In this document: positions 1 through 11,994 of the stretch, piece by piece | How the letters are laid out: the number at the start of each line of letters is the position of its first letter | Position numbering within the stretch: position 1 is the first letter of the stretch | Translations under genes and position numbers: made by a program | Source: Octopus vulgaris | Lineage: Eukaryota | Assembly: GCA_951406725.2 (NCBI GenBank) | Contig: OX597820.1 | Location: 60,388,001 to 60,452,000 of the forward strand | Direction of reading: 5' to 3' | Length of the DNA: 64,000 nt | The notes under the pieces: model-generated | Told to the model about the DNA's origin: nothing | Seen by the model: only the letters and a program-made list of their open reading frames with translations | Databases searched by the model: none

Positions 1-1594
1 TTTTGTTTATGGCTACACATGATGGGCTCTGCTTCTACCCTTAATCTGCCCCACATCTCATCCTCAAAGTACCCACGTGCCTCCATCACCCTTTTAATTA
101 TTGTGCTACTTGGGTGTTGTAATCACTTGAGAGCAGAACTGGCATATTTCCACACCAGCACATGTGTTGCACCATAGTAAATATTCTAGAAGTATACAGT
201 TCTATTTTTTCTTTTTAATATAGTCAATCACTCATCTGTTTTTTCCCATGCTAGTATTGGTTATATGACAATATTATTGAGGTGTCATTTTACAACCAAA
301 TGCTTTTCCTGTTTTTCAAGTAAAGATCTTTTATTCCACAAATTTTCAAAGGCACAAAACCTTTACATTCAAGGCCCAGGAGAGAGAGAGGGGGGGGAGA
401 GAAAAAGAGATGATGGCTAGTAGTTAAGAGGGGCTGCAGTGGATTGGACTGAATATAAGTAGATCTTATACCATCCTGTTCAGTATATATTTCTAAGTTG
501 TACTTATTTGGCAAAGTGATTTATTTGATTTGAGATTTTCTGTTGAAATTAAAACAACTACACCCTGAAATTGTCATGAATGATGCATAACACACACACA
601 CAAAGGTAATCATATATTTTTGATAATCTTCATGGCATGTTGCTGTATTTTAAACACACATAATCACTCACAAATACATTTTATACAGAATTGAAAAAGC
701 TATATATGTAACATACTTAATGTATATACACGGTTGATACACCAGTTATTACAGTATTTATCCAGAGCTAACACCTCTTATGGACTTGCTGTGACAAAAA
801 CACAATAAATATCAGAGAGACATGAAAATTCACACCAGCAGCAGTGAGTGAGAATGCTAGATGCATTTCAGCCCTTTAAAGTTTTTGAATGGCAAGTACA
901 CTCACAGCCAGACATGATATAGAAAACAGCAGATAAAACATTCACTGATGTTGTGAATAACTGCCTGGCTGGTTATAAATTTGGTGTACACAATTGAGGC
1001 ATTATCAAATTAAAACAGCCTTCTCTGTATCATACTTAATATATATATATATACACACACATATATATATATATAATGTTGATGGGTTAGTTACTGCAGT
1101 ATTTATCCCGAGGCAAAATTAACATATGTATGTTGAGGAAATATACATGTAATGCATACAAGTTCATAAGTAAAGTCTTCTTAGTTTAATTGCTTTTTCC
1201 TGATATGGCTTTACACATAGAGTAAAGCCATGTGTATAGTGTTGCTGTAATGTGTAAAGACATACACATTTGAGTTTTGTTGAATATTTCCTGTCTTTTT
1301 AACTATAACAAAAAAATATGACAACCATTAGTAATTATACATCTTACTATATAAGAAAGAATGCTTTTTAAGATGCAAGCTTTTCTTTATCCCAAAGGGG
1401 TAATTACGAAGAGTAATGGTATCTGTCTGACATAAGTAATTTATAAATAGCTGAATTTAAAGAAACTAGTTTAAGTCTGTGTCAGCTATCAGTGGATATA
1501 AACAGTTCAAAAGTGGAACACATTGGTTTGTTAGGAAGATTAGGAAAAGTCTAATGTTTTGACAAGTACCAGTCATCAGAGAGTCATAAGTATT

Positions 1595-1695
1595 TTATAT
1601 AGGTACACTATTGACTTTCTGCAACTTTTGGTTCCAAAGCCTTTCCAGAGTACTGGTTTTTCTAAAGCAGGGGTGGTCACTTTGGTTGACACACT
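1595..1695 (-). CDS. Candidate last coding exon of a small spliced host gene ((E)CVNQSDHPCFRKTSTLERLWNQKLQKVNSVPI*)
   Basis: Acceptor tttaatattcaatttag| with AG at 1697-1696. Open in phase 1 to TAA at 1597-1595, matching the phase of the donor at 11880. Non-repetitive sequence. Confidence 0.4.
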
Positions 1696-2769
1696 CTAAA
1701 TTGAATATTAAATTCATTTTAGATAATTAAATGATATACAAATACCTCTACTTTAGTACAAATAATAAAGGCTTATCAATACTCTACAGTGTAGAGTACC
1801 CATAAACTAGACAGGTACAACAAAGTAGAAAGGTATTGTGAAATAAGTTCAGCATTAGAGGAATCAGATGTTGTGTACAAGAGTGAAGCCTGAGCTAGTT
1901 TGGTCATATGATGCATATGGATGAAGACTGAAGCATAAAGAAGTACCAATCACTTAAAGTGGATGGATGGATGGAAGAGGGAGACCCAAGATGTGGGATG
2001 AAGTACTGAAGGCTGATCTCAAGATGCACTATGCTTACCTGCCACTCCCTAATCCTGTCCTCTTGGCCTTGTCTCACTGTATCATTGCTCTGCGCTAGCC
2101 CCACCCTCAATCTGTGTTCCACCCACATGTAACAAGAAAACTTTTCACACATCTACCCCAACAAACCAATCTACATCTCTACATCTCTTCTCTTCCTCAT
2201 ATTTCCTCCTTCATGCACTATGTCTATCTCTCACTCCCAATCCTATCCTCACGACCCTGTTTCTCTGTATCATTGCTGTCCGGTAGTCACCTCAACTTTA
2301 TATACCCAGGTTTTCACCACTCACTTCCCCTCCCCTCTCTCTAAACACATTTCTTTGGCAATATCCGGCCACTTATATTATGACCTTCGAACTTCAAGGT
2401 TATACCCTGGCACTTGCCACCATCTATATCTCTCTCTGCCTTTAGTCGACCATCCCAGTTATATTTTGATCTCCTTCCCTTCTGCGTATACCCGGTACCT
2501 TGCCACAATCCCTATCCTGATGTCTCCCACTCTCTCTCTCCTCCTGCACTTCCCTCAGTTTGAATAACCACGTATCTCCTTTGTGGCAGCACACCTGTTT
2601 CTGTCCTCATTCCTGATCTCTCTCTCTCTCTCCGGTTGGGTTACCTTGTACCTCCTCTAGGGCAAGACACCTGTTTCTGTCTTTCTGTTTCACTATAACC
2701 TTTCATCATCTGATACAAGATCATCTCCTGCAATGTCCCCTCCCCTCTCAAAAGATTTTTGTCTAGCAG

Positions 2770-3075
2770 GTTACTTGGTGACCCTGTCAGTGCAGGTGTC
2801 ACTTAAAATGCATCCGGTCCACACTGTAAAGAGGTTGGCATTTGGAAGGGCATCCAGCAGTAAAAACCTTGCCAAAATTGACCTCACCTGTGCATGTGCC
2901 ACATGAAAAGCACTACGTCCACTCTGCTGGGTGGTTGGTGTTAGGAAGGGCATCCAGCTGTAAAAATCCTGTCAAAACAGTCACAGAAGTCTGGTGCAGG
3001 CTTCTGCTTGGCTGGTTCCTGTCAAACTATCCTACCTAAGCAAGCATGGAAGGTGAACGTAAAATGATGATGATA
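2770..3075 (+). mobile_element. SINE family D (GGTTGGCGTTAGGAAGGGCATCCAGC core, (GAT)n tail), degenerate
   Basis: Shares core and tail with copies at 5092-5235(-), 5911-6085(-), 9425-9993(+), 12585-13140(-) and 13850-14135(+). Confidence 0.7.
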
Positions 3076-3794
3076 ATAATGATTATAGATTAATTAACTT
3101 GAGGTCATTATAAAAATGAGGCTTTAAACATTTTTTTGAAACAGAATTTTATTGTTTACTAACCAGACATGTATAAAAATATTTGTATTCAGCATCACAT
3201 ATTCAGTCAAATGCGCAGAATGGATTTGACTCACAAGTTGGATTGCTGACTTCTGCTTTATATCAGAAAGACAGTTTTGGCATAGAATTGTAGATTACAA
3301 GCAGTTTTATTTCATTTTTTGAATGAAAGAATACTTGTCAAGACTATTGAAAAGGTTGCAAGATGTAACGAAAATTTTAGGAAAATAAAAATAAGGAATA
3401 AGTGGAAATTTTACTGGTGAATGTGTTACATTACAAGGCACAAAAAGAAAATGACTCTCCCCAGACACAACAGAATACATGTGTTCTCTCTATATATACT
3501 ATATTTTGTTTTTATTTATAGATTTTAGTCATTGGGCTGTAACCACACTGGAACACTACAGCTGATGTTTTTCAGTCAATTGTATCACGCATAGTACTTA
3601 GGTATTACGGTTGATACGGTTAACTGAATGCTTTAGTATGTATTTTATAGCAGTTTATTAGTCATGAAGGGAGGCAACTGAGGTATTTCGAAGTACTATA
3701 ATGGTACTTTCATTTGATGAATTAATTCTATCTTTGCCATTCAATAGTTACACACATTCACACTTGCACATATATAAACATACATACACATTTC

Positions 3795-4011
3795 AACAAT
3801 TTAGCATTCAAATTACTCAGTCAAATGCAATGCTTATTTATTCACATTGTTTTTAATTAATCATGCATTATCTCATAGCTTTGAGATTTCAATATGATTG
3901 TTTATTTTTAGAATGACATTGTAGGGTAGGTGTGAGAGGCTAGATCTGGCTGGTTTGAACATAGAATAATATTTAGGATAGATATGGCCAGTTTGAATGC
4001 TAAAGGATTAA
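3795..4011. mobile_element. piggyBac-like MITE (second copy 14938-15165)
   Basis: Degenerate TIRs tttagcattc / gaatgctaaaggaTTAA. Internal sequence is shared with 14938-15165. Confidence 0.55.
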
Positions 4012-4040
4012 ATATATATCACATTATCATTTTTTTTTTG

Positions 4041-4332
4041 CGGAGGCGCAATGGCCCAGTGGTTAGGGCAGTGGACTTGCGGTCGGAGGATCGCAGTTTC
4101 GATTCCCAGACCAGGCGTTTTTTGTGTTTATTGAGCAAAAACATCTAAAGCTCCATGAGCTCCGGCAAGGGGTGGTGGCAACCCCTGTTGTACTCTTTCA
4201 CCCCAACTTTCTCACACTCTGTCTTCCTGTTTCTTAAGTAACGCTGCGATGGACTGGCATCCCGTCGAGCTGGGGCATACACATGCCATAGAAACTGGGC
4301 CCATGAGCCTGGCTAGGCTTGAAAAGGGTGCA
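4041..4332 (+). mobile_element. tRNA-derived SINE family C with V-domain-like motif
   Basis: A/B-box-like head (TGGCCCAGTGGTTAGG...GTTTCGATTCC) and CTGCGATGGACTGGC(G/A)TCCCGTC motif. Related copies at 31523-31690 and 62903-63140. Confidence 0.75.
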
Positions 4333-4914
4333 TAAGTAAAAAAAATCAATGTTTTTTCTTTACATCCAGTTTCCCAGGTATGCATGGGTTAGATGGAATT
4401 TGTTGAGGTAGATTTTCTACAGCCAGATGCCAATCCTCACCTGTTTTCAAGTAGGCTAATATGGCCAGACATGTTTTCAAGGAAGACTGAAAATGAAGAA
4501 CACTGTTGTATGACAGTGACACTTATTTACAACTACCATACAATGTCAAGACAAAGTGACACCAACCTACACATGCATACACACACAAACATGCACAAAA
4601 CAGGTCTCTTTCAGTTTCTATCTACCATTTTCAATCCAAGGTATTGGTTGTGCTGAGACAGACACTTGCCTAAGGTACCATGCAGTGGGGTTGAACCAGG
4701 AACTATGTGGTTGGGAAGCAAATATCTTAATCACACATATATCCATATAAAAATTTAGTCCAACGATAGCTTAACTGGCTGAAACTTTGAAGTTACTGTC
4801 AACAATATTCTTGTTTAAGAATCAACCCACAGACACGTGTAATGTGACTGCGTGTGTACTGTTGGCGATTTTTTCCCCTCCGTCTTCCCTTCCTTGGATA
4901 TTTCCTTTTCCTAT

Positions 4915-4949
4915 GTTTCTGACGAAGAGCTCGGCTCGAAACATTAAAT
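4915..4949 (+). ncRNA. Minimal hammerhead-like motif, family C (degenerate), in a ~300 bp element ending in (TA)n
   Basis: gttt-CTGACGA-a-gagc-tcg-gctc-GAAA-ca-TT-aaat. Stem III is probably CpG-decayed from AACGTT. Confidence 0.6.
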
Positions 4950-6289
4950 CCTCCTTCTTTCTTTCCTTTTCTGAGCGTCCAATAACACTATACTTGTTCC
5001 ATGTCCTCGCATTGTTGTGTTTTCTCTGTGTTTTCATGTTTGGATTAACTATATATATATATGTATATATATATACACACACACATATATATCATCATCA
5101 TCACTTAATGTCTGCTTTCCAGGCTAGCATGGGTTGGACGATTTGACTGATGACTGGCGAACCAGATGGCTGTACCAGGCTCCAATCTGATCTGGCAGAG
5201 TTTCTACAGCTGGATGCTCTTCCTAACTCCAACCACATATACACATATATATATATATTCATACATACATACACATATATATACATACACACACATATAT
5301 ATACACACATATATACACTCATGTGTGTGTGAGACTTATGTTCGGTTTCTGTATATGAGATTCACTCAAAAAGTCTTGGACAGTCTGAAGCTATAGCAAG
5401 TGTTGTGGGATGGAACTTAACCATGCAGTCATGGCTAGGTTTCATAAAGTAAATTACAATAATTGGTGCAGAAAACTAAAGATATCTAAAATATAAATTA
5501 CTTAGCAATGCTCTCCATATGAAAAATAATAAGTGAAGTAGAGCTTAATAAATTTAATATGGGGGGGGGGGGGGAGCTAAAAAAAACTATGGAACTAATG
5601 AAGAAACAAACAAATATGAGGTAATGACTAATGCTTCTGCTGATATAGACATAATAGTACAGAAACATGTCCAGAGTTGTCTACCATGCTTACTTAAATA
5701 ATTGATGCACCTAGCATTAAACATGTTAACAATAATGAAACTTTTTATATTGATGGCATTTGAGTAATTTATAGCTAAACAGAGTGGAATATGTAGATAG
5801 ATATGTGACCAGGAAGTTTGCTTTGTAACTTTGTGGTTTTTGGGTTCAGTCCGACAGTGTGGTACTTTGGGCAAATGTCTGGGTTGACTGAAGCCTTGTG
5901 AGTAGATTTTCATCATCATCATCGTTTAACATCTGCTTTCCATGCTAGCTTGGTTTGGACGATTTTGACTGAGGACTGGCAACCCAGATGGGTGCACCAA
6001 GCTCCAGTCTTGATTTGGCAGGGCTTCTACAGCTGGATGCCCTTCCTAACGCCAATCACTCCGAGAGTGTAGTGGGTGCTTTTGTAAGTGAAAACTGAAA
6101 TAAGACTGTTGTGTATGCATGCATATATATACATATACATATATAGAAGCAATTAAGATTCAAGTCAATTCTAATGAATTTACTTGAATACGGTACTTAA
6201 CTTAGATGCACCAGAAAACTATATGGTGTTAACCATACAGTAATGTGGGGTGATTATAAACGAGAAAGAAGCAACAAGAATGGATTAGT

Positions 6290-6380
6290 TTTTAGTACAA
6301 TTGTTTCATACAAAGACAGGCTTTATTAAAAGTTGCAAAAATTGCAGCAGATAAAAGTGTCCCGTACTCATCAGCTAAAA
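6290..6380 (-). ncRNA. Type I hammerhead ribozyme, family A (left arm)
   Basis: Exact reverse complement of 9037-9127. Confidence 0.85.
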
Positions 6381-7210
6381 TACATATGAGTTCTCCAAAC
6401 ATCTTAGTGGGTGAGGCTATACTCATGAAGTATTGGAGATAATTTCATTAAAAGCAGATTTAGGTTGTAAACAGATTTCCGAAGTTCCTTAATGATGATG
6501 CACAGTCTTATCACAGGTTTTTTAAAAAAAGCTTATTAGCTTCACAGAGAAGGTGAATTAATCCGTAGTGTAGATGTAAATTTCCAGAGATATGAGGAGG
6601 AATTTCATACTCACAGACGATGAATTTATCCATGGTTAATCCACAATGAGGTGGGTATCATTTCATGCTATATGATAAGGTATTTGCCACATTACTGTTC
6701 TCTTCACAAGACTGCTAAGTTATGACTTCTAAAGGCTGAAGGAATTTTTGTGGAGCAAAGAAAAGAAAAGAAAGGAAAGAGAAGAAAAGAGACAAGGAAA
6801 AGGAAATAGAAAAAAAGAAAAAGGAAAAAAGAAAAAAGGGGAGAAGAAAAGAAAAAAGAAAAAAGAAAAAAAGGGAAAGAAGGGAGAAAAGAAAAAACGC
6901 CCACATAGAGTATACTGTGACAACTTAGAGGGAAAGGGGTTCTAAAGTGACCTACTACACAGAAGAATTTGTAGATGGCCTGGCTGGCTTGAATTTGCAA
7001 GAATCCAGGAACTATAAGGAGAATATTATTTTTGACCAGTAAAAACAGCTATTTTATTGCCAACATGACCTAGTTGAAAGCAGATATGAATCTAAAGAGA
7101 TAACAAGGTCAGAGGTAGAGGGGTCAAAGGCTATCATCAAAAGGAAATACATTAAGAGAAAAAATCTAAGTGCAATCCTAACAAGAGGTCATTTAAATTT
7201 ATTTATTTAT

Positions 7211-8177
7211 TTAATAGCTAAGATTAATAATAACAACATTAAGCTAGCCAGGAAAGATAGAAATAAAAATAATAATACCAACATGAATACCAATAACAAT
7301 TATAATAATACTACCAACAATAAACGCAACAATAGTAACTATCAAAACATGGATGGAATCAGTAACCACAGAATGACTAATAATAATATTAACATTAATA
7401 GGAGTAATAATAATATCGATATTAATAGAAGTAATAATGTTAATAATAGAAGTAAGGCTAATAGAGAAAATACGGAGAATGAAAATATCAGTGATATCTA
7501 TAACAACAATATACAGTTTGATAATAATACTAACAATAATAATAACATTACCAATAATGTAAATAATCATGGTAGGACTTTAGACCTAAAAGATGGAGCA
7601 GAAGGATCAATAAATAATAACAATGCTTTAGATAACAGTACCAACTATAAAAATAATAATAATAATAAAGATAATTATACTCATGATAATCAAAATAACA
7701 GGAACATAAGACATCTACCCATGAATAATCCAACATCTGAAGTTGTTCCTCCTGCGTGTAAGTGTAGAATTAAGTCAAAATGCCCGGCACCTGGTCTATG
7801 CGGGGAAAATAACGTAATCTATAAATGTACCATATCTACTGAGAATAACATATTTTTACATTGGTTGTACGATAAATTTTAGAGACAGAGTTAGAAATCA
7901 CGTCTCATCTTTTAAATTACGTCATAAAGCTGGTACCACCACACTTTCAAGTAAGATCTGGGAACTCAAAAATAATAACAGGAATTATAACCTTAATTGG
8001 GAAATAGTTAGGAGAGCAATGCCGTATAAAAATAACAGGGTTGGTTGCCAACTCTGCTCCATGGAGACCTATGAAATTCTAAGGCATAGAAGAAATAGAG
8101 GTTTGTTAAATAACCATATTGAAGTAGGTCAAGTTTGTGTCCACGCTAAATTGAAGACTCTAAAATACTTTAAATGA
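7211..8177 (+). pseudogene. PLE GIY-YIG endonuclease with Asn-rich linker, one frameshift at about 7856
   Basis: CKCRIKSKCPAPGLC...NVIYKC, then after a +1 shift YIGCTINFRDRVRNH..F......TTLSSKIWELK...W.I...CQLCSME...LLN..E...CVH, ending TGA 8175-8177. Confidence 0.9.
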
Positions 8178-9036
8178 ATAACTGTATAGAATAATCGTAA
8201 CAAGATAGATAGATAGATACAGCTTGGTTTTTACTAGTATAGCATTACTTTAATTTTTAAGTAGATAACTGCGAGTTCTCACACTATAGTCATCGTTTTC
8301 TTTATAACTGCACCTGATTTCGAGCATAAGGAAATAAATAGTACTTGTACGTTGCTCAAATGAAGTTTTATTTAATTTTAAATCTTAATTTTTAAATTTG
8401 AATTTAATCTAATTTAGGTAACACAACTTTAATAAAATAAGTTACTTAGGCTTCATAATTCTATTACAAAATTAAATAAGTAAGGCTACTCCCTTGAAAG
8501 TAGTATGAGTAATTTCAATATAACTAACTTCTAAGTTTTGACCTGTAGTCTGTCAATGTATAGATAGTAACGGCAACAATTTAAGACAGTAACAGGAATA
8601 AATAAATAAATAAATTTAAATGACCTCTTGTTAGGATTGCACTTAGATTTTTTTCTCTTAATGTATTTCCTTTTGATGATAGCCTTTGACCCCTCTACCC
8701 CTGACCTTGTTATCTCTTTAGATTCTCTTTAGATTCATATCTGCTTTCAACTAGGTCATGTTGGCAATAAAATAGCTGTTTTTACTGGTCAAAAATAATA
8801 TTCTCCTTATAGTTCCTGGATTCTTGCAAATTCAAGCCAGCCAGGCCGTCTACAAATTCTTCTGTGTAGTAGGTCACTTTAGAACCCCTTTCCCTCTAAG
8901 TTGTCACAGTATACTCTATGTGGGCGTTTTTTCTTTTCTCCCTTCTTTCCTTTTTTTTCTTTTCCCTTTTTTTCTTTTTCTTTTTTCTTTTTTCTTTTCT
9001 TCTCACCCACTAAGATGTTTGGAGAACTCATATGTA

Positions 9037-9127
9037 TTTTAGCTGATGAGTACGGGACACTTTTATCTGCTGCAATTTTTGCAACTTTTAATAAAGCCTG
9101 TCTTTGTATGAAACAATTGTACTAAAA
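9037..9127 (+). ncRNA. Type I hammerhead ribozyme, family A (right arm)
   Basis: ttttag-CTGATGA-[60-nt stem II: gtac/gtat, gggaca/tgtctt, tttat/ataaa, tgcaa/ttgca]-GAAA-caattg-TA-ctaaaa. Predicted cleavage after GUA at 9121. Confidence 0.85.
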
Positions 9128-9424
9128 ACTAATCCATTCTTGTTGCTTCTTTCTCGCATATACATATATATATATATATACAGGTGTAGGAGTGGCTGTG
9201 TGGTAAGAAGCTTGCTTCCCAACCACATGGTTCCGGGTTCAGTCTCACTGTGTGGCACCTTGTGTAAGTGTCTTCTATTATAGCTTTGGGCCGGACAAAG
9301 CCTTGCAAGTGGATTTAGTAGACGGAAACTGAGACAAACCCGTCGCATACACACATATATAAATATATATGCTGTGCGTGAGAAGACCAGGCAGGACAAG
9401 TGAGTCCAGCCCACTTATGCATGT

Positions 9425-9993
9425 CTTTCCTCCCTTGGACACACAAAGACCTGTTGAGGCAAGTGAAGTCGAAATCGAACCTCATCCGATGACAGGCACC
9501 CATGCCAACCCCCCTTCTCTGCTTGCGAAGACCTGTTGGGGCAAGTGAAATCGAAATTGAACCAATCCTATGACTGGCACCCGGCAGATGCCAGGACCCC
9601 TGCACTGGTGGTACGTAAAAAGCACTATCCGAATCGTGGCCGATGCCAGTGCCGCCTCGACTGGCTTCCATGCCGGTGGCACGTAAAAAGCACCATCCGA
9701 ATCATGGCCGATGCCAGTGCCACCTCGATTGGCTTCCGTGCCGGTGGCACGTAAAATGCACCAATCCGACCGTGGCCATTGCCAGCCTCGCCTGGCACCT
9801 GTGCAGGTGGCACATAAAAAGCACCGACTACACTCACGGAGTGGTTGGCGTTAGGAAGGGCATCCAGCTGTAGAAACACTGCCAGAAAAGACTGGAGCCT
9901 GGTGCAGCCTTCTGGCTTCCCAGATCCCCGGTTGAACCGTCCAACCCATGCTAGCATGTAGAACGGACGTTAAACGATGATGATGATGATGAT
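9425..9993 (+). mobile_element. SINE family D copy with internal ~60-bp tandem repeats
   Basis: 3-4 units of GGCACGTAAAAAGCACCATCCGAATCGTGGCCGATGCCAG... at 9608-9825, plus (GAT)n tail. Confidence 0.8.
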
Positions 9994-10220
9994 ATATAAA
10001 GTATGGGGGTTTAGTTCACAGGTGATCTAAATGATTAGGTACACTAGGTAAGTGGTGTAACGGATTACTAGGGCTCCAAGATTATAGCTGAGATGGTAGT
10101 TATGGAGCCATTGCAGATTTCAGATGCAACGGATATGTAATTGTTAAACAGTACAGCAAACATTAAGGCAAGGCAAACATCTCAAGTCATATACAATATT
10201 ACTATTGGAAAAAATCCAAA

Positions 10221-10276
10221 ATCTTACAGCTGTTTCTGGGATATCCCCAAGTACGGGATATTTCGTCATCAGAGAC
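10221..10276 (-). ncRNA. Type I hammerhead, family B (core intact, base of stem II mismatched)
   Basis: gtct-CTGATGA-cgaaatatccc gtactt ggggatatccca-GAAA-cagctg-TA-agat. Confidence 0.75.
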
Positions 10277-10645
10277 AAATAGGGAAAATGAGAATGGTAT
10301 ATATTAATGAGATGATGACATAGAGGAAGGGAGTAAAAGAATAAGGAGATGGAAAGAAAGAAGAAAAAAGAAGCATAAAAGTTCATAGTTCAACTTCCCA
10401 AAGTTATAGAAACCAGAGCATGAGTTCTTAGATGCAATCCTGCATAGATCCATGAGCATAAGTCCTTAGGTGCAATCCTGCGTAAATCCACGTGGGTTAA
10501 AATCCTGATATAGTAGACATCCCATTGGGATATAACTTTGGAAAGTTGAACAATGAACTTTTATGCTTCTTTTTTCACCTTTCTTTCCATCTCCTTATTC
10601 TTTTACTCCCATACAATTCTCATTTTCCTTATTTTTTTCCTATTT

Positions 10646-10701
10646 GTCTCTGACAATGGAATATCCTGTACTTGGGGATATCCCAGAAACAGCTGTAAGA
10701 T
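10646..10701 (+). ncRNA. Type I hammerhead, family B (core mutated to CTGACAA)
   Basis: gtct-CTGACAA-tggaatatcct gtactt ggggatatccca-GAAA-cagctg-TA-agat. Confidence 0.65.
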
Positions 10702-10988
10702 TTTGAATTTTTTCTATAATAATATTGTATATGACTTGAGATGTTTGCCTTGCCTTAATGTTTGCTGTCCTGTTTAACAATTATAATTGTGTGTGTGTCT
10801 GTGTTTGTCCCAGCCACCATTGCTTGACAACTGATGTTGATGTGTTTACATCCCCATAACTTAGCAGTTCGGCAAAAGAAACTGATAGAATAAGTACTAG
10901 GCTTACAAAGAATAAGCCCTGGGGAAGATTTGTTTGACAAAAGGTGGTGTTTCAGCATGGCCACAGTCAAATTACTGAAGCAAATAAA

Positions 10989-11020
<32 letters not shown>

Positions 11021-11306
11021 TACATCTATACCCCCACCCCACCACACAACTTATCACATCACCACACATCAGCACTGACCAATTCCCAGACCCATATTTT
11101 CACACCTACACACATGTTGAGATCACCAGCCCTCTTCCACACACGCATACAAACTCTTTCAGACACACACACGTGCACCTTCGTTTTGGGATCACCAGTA
11201 CTTTATTACCTCCCTTCTCCCTAGCTCTCCAGTGTGACCCTTCTGTCCGGCATTCACCATGATAGATCGCTAGCCACTACACTTTCTTTATTTTCTCTCC
11301 TTGTTT

Positions 11307-11342
11307 CTTTCTGTGGAAGAGCATAGGCTTGAAACATTAAAG
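11307..11342 (+). ncRNA. Hammerhead-like motif, family C variant (core CTGTGGA), in a ~400 bp element between (TA)n tracts
   Basis: cttt-CTGTGGA-a-gagc-atag-gctt-GAAA-ca-TT-aaag. Same layout as 4915-4949. Confidence 0.45.
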
Positions 11343-11879
11343 ACTTTTTCACTTCCCGAGCGTTGTACTGACGCATCTGTTTGTTGTCTACACCACCTGT
11401 CTTCATCTTTTGTCGTTTTGTGAATTCTCCCTATATATATGCCAGAATGGACATTAAATGATGATGGTGATATATATACACATGTATGTGTGTGTGTGTT
11501 TATGGTCTCCTTGTCTTAACATTGCATGATAGTCGTAGACGAGTGTCACCATCATGCAAGTGGTGTAATTCATTTCCAATTTTTCATGAAAATAAGTCTG
11601 TTTATAGGAAAATATTATCTCAAATGGAAAAACATGTAAGGGTTGGCAATGGGAAGAGCATCCCACTATAAAAAATATGCCTGAAGAAATTTCATCAGTC
11701 CCATGTGATCTTGGAAAAGTGGATGTTAAAACAACGATGATGATTTCCATTCCTCACATAATTTTTTTTTTACTACAATCTGTTTTATGAGATTTTTTGA
11801 CAGTATTGGAAATGTTTTCCCTGCAAAAAAAAATTTATTCATCAGATTTCTTAGTTACTGAATAAACAAATGCTCTTAC

Positions 11880-11994
11880 CAGAAAGATTTTTTAGTTTAT
11901 TAAGAACCTTCTGCCTCTTCAAATGTATAGCATCAGGTTTTAGATTCTTAACTGCATATATTTGAGGTTCACAGATACAGCCACAGGAACTCAT
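11880..11994 (-). CDS. Candidate first coding exon (exon 11880-12010): MSSCGCICEPQIYAVKNLKPDAIHLKRQKVLNKLKNLS
   Basis: Strong acceptor ttttttatttcag| (12011) and donor CTG|gtaaga (11879). ATG at 11994 in context ACAATG with an upstream in-frame TAG. 38 open codons plus 1 nt. Confidence 0.55.

Larger units (their letters stand above)
6147..9156 (+). mobile_element. 5'-truncated Penelope-like element (Naiad-type) with inverted terminal repeat
   Basis: GIY-YIG remnant 7211-8177. 6261-6415 is the reverse complement of 9002-9156, and about 6840-7212 is the reverse complement of about 8600-9004. Hammerhead in both arms. TA-rich microsatellite at both ends. Confidence 0.9.
10138..10783. repeat. Inverted pair of PLE-type terminal repeats (arms 10138-10408 and 10532-10783)
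   Basis: Arms are reverse complements with a few substitutions and indels. Each contains a family B hammerhead. Confidence 0.85.

Noticed and set aside
4041-4115. tRNA-like sequences at SINE heads
   Set aside because: A/B boxes are present, but they continue into SINE bodies and lack a full cloverleaf. Not tRNA genes.
6704-7000. Lys-rich and Phe-rich ORFs, and the duplicated MQIQASQ ORF at 8824
   Set aside because: Products of a purine tract inside the inverted PLE repeat. Not genes.
8175-8600. Possible selenocysteine read-through/SECIS, as reported for some Naiad PLEs
   Set aside because: TGA is followed by TAG four codons later, and I could not identify a convincing SECIS by eye. SECISearch on the consensus would be needed.
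9608-9825. CRISPR-like ~60-bp periodic repeats
   Set aside because: No unique spacers, no cas genes, eukaryotic context. These are internal repeats of a SINE.
11760-11820. Alternative minus-strand exon after a 59-nt intron
   Set aside because: Very short intron; runs into poly-A and a stop; no good donor.
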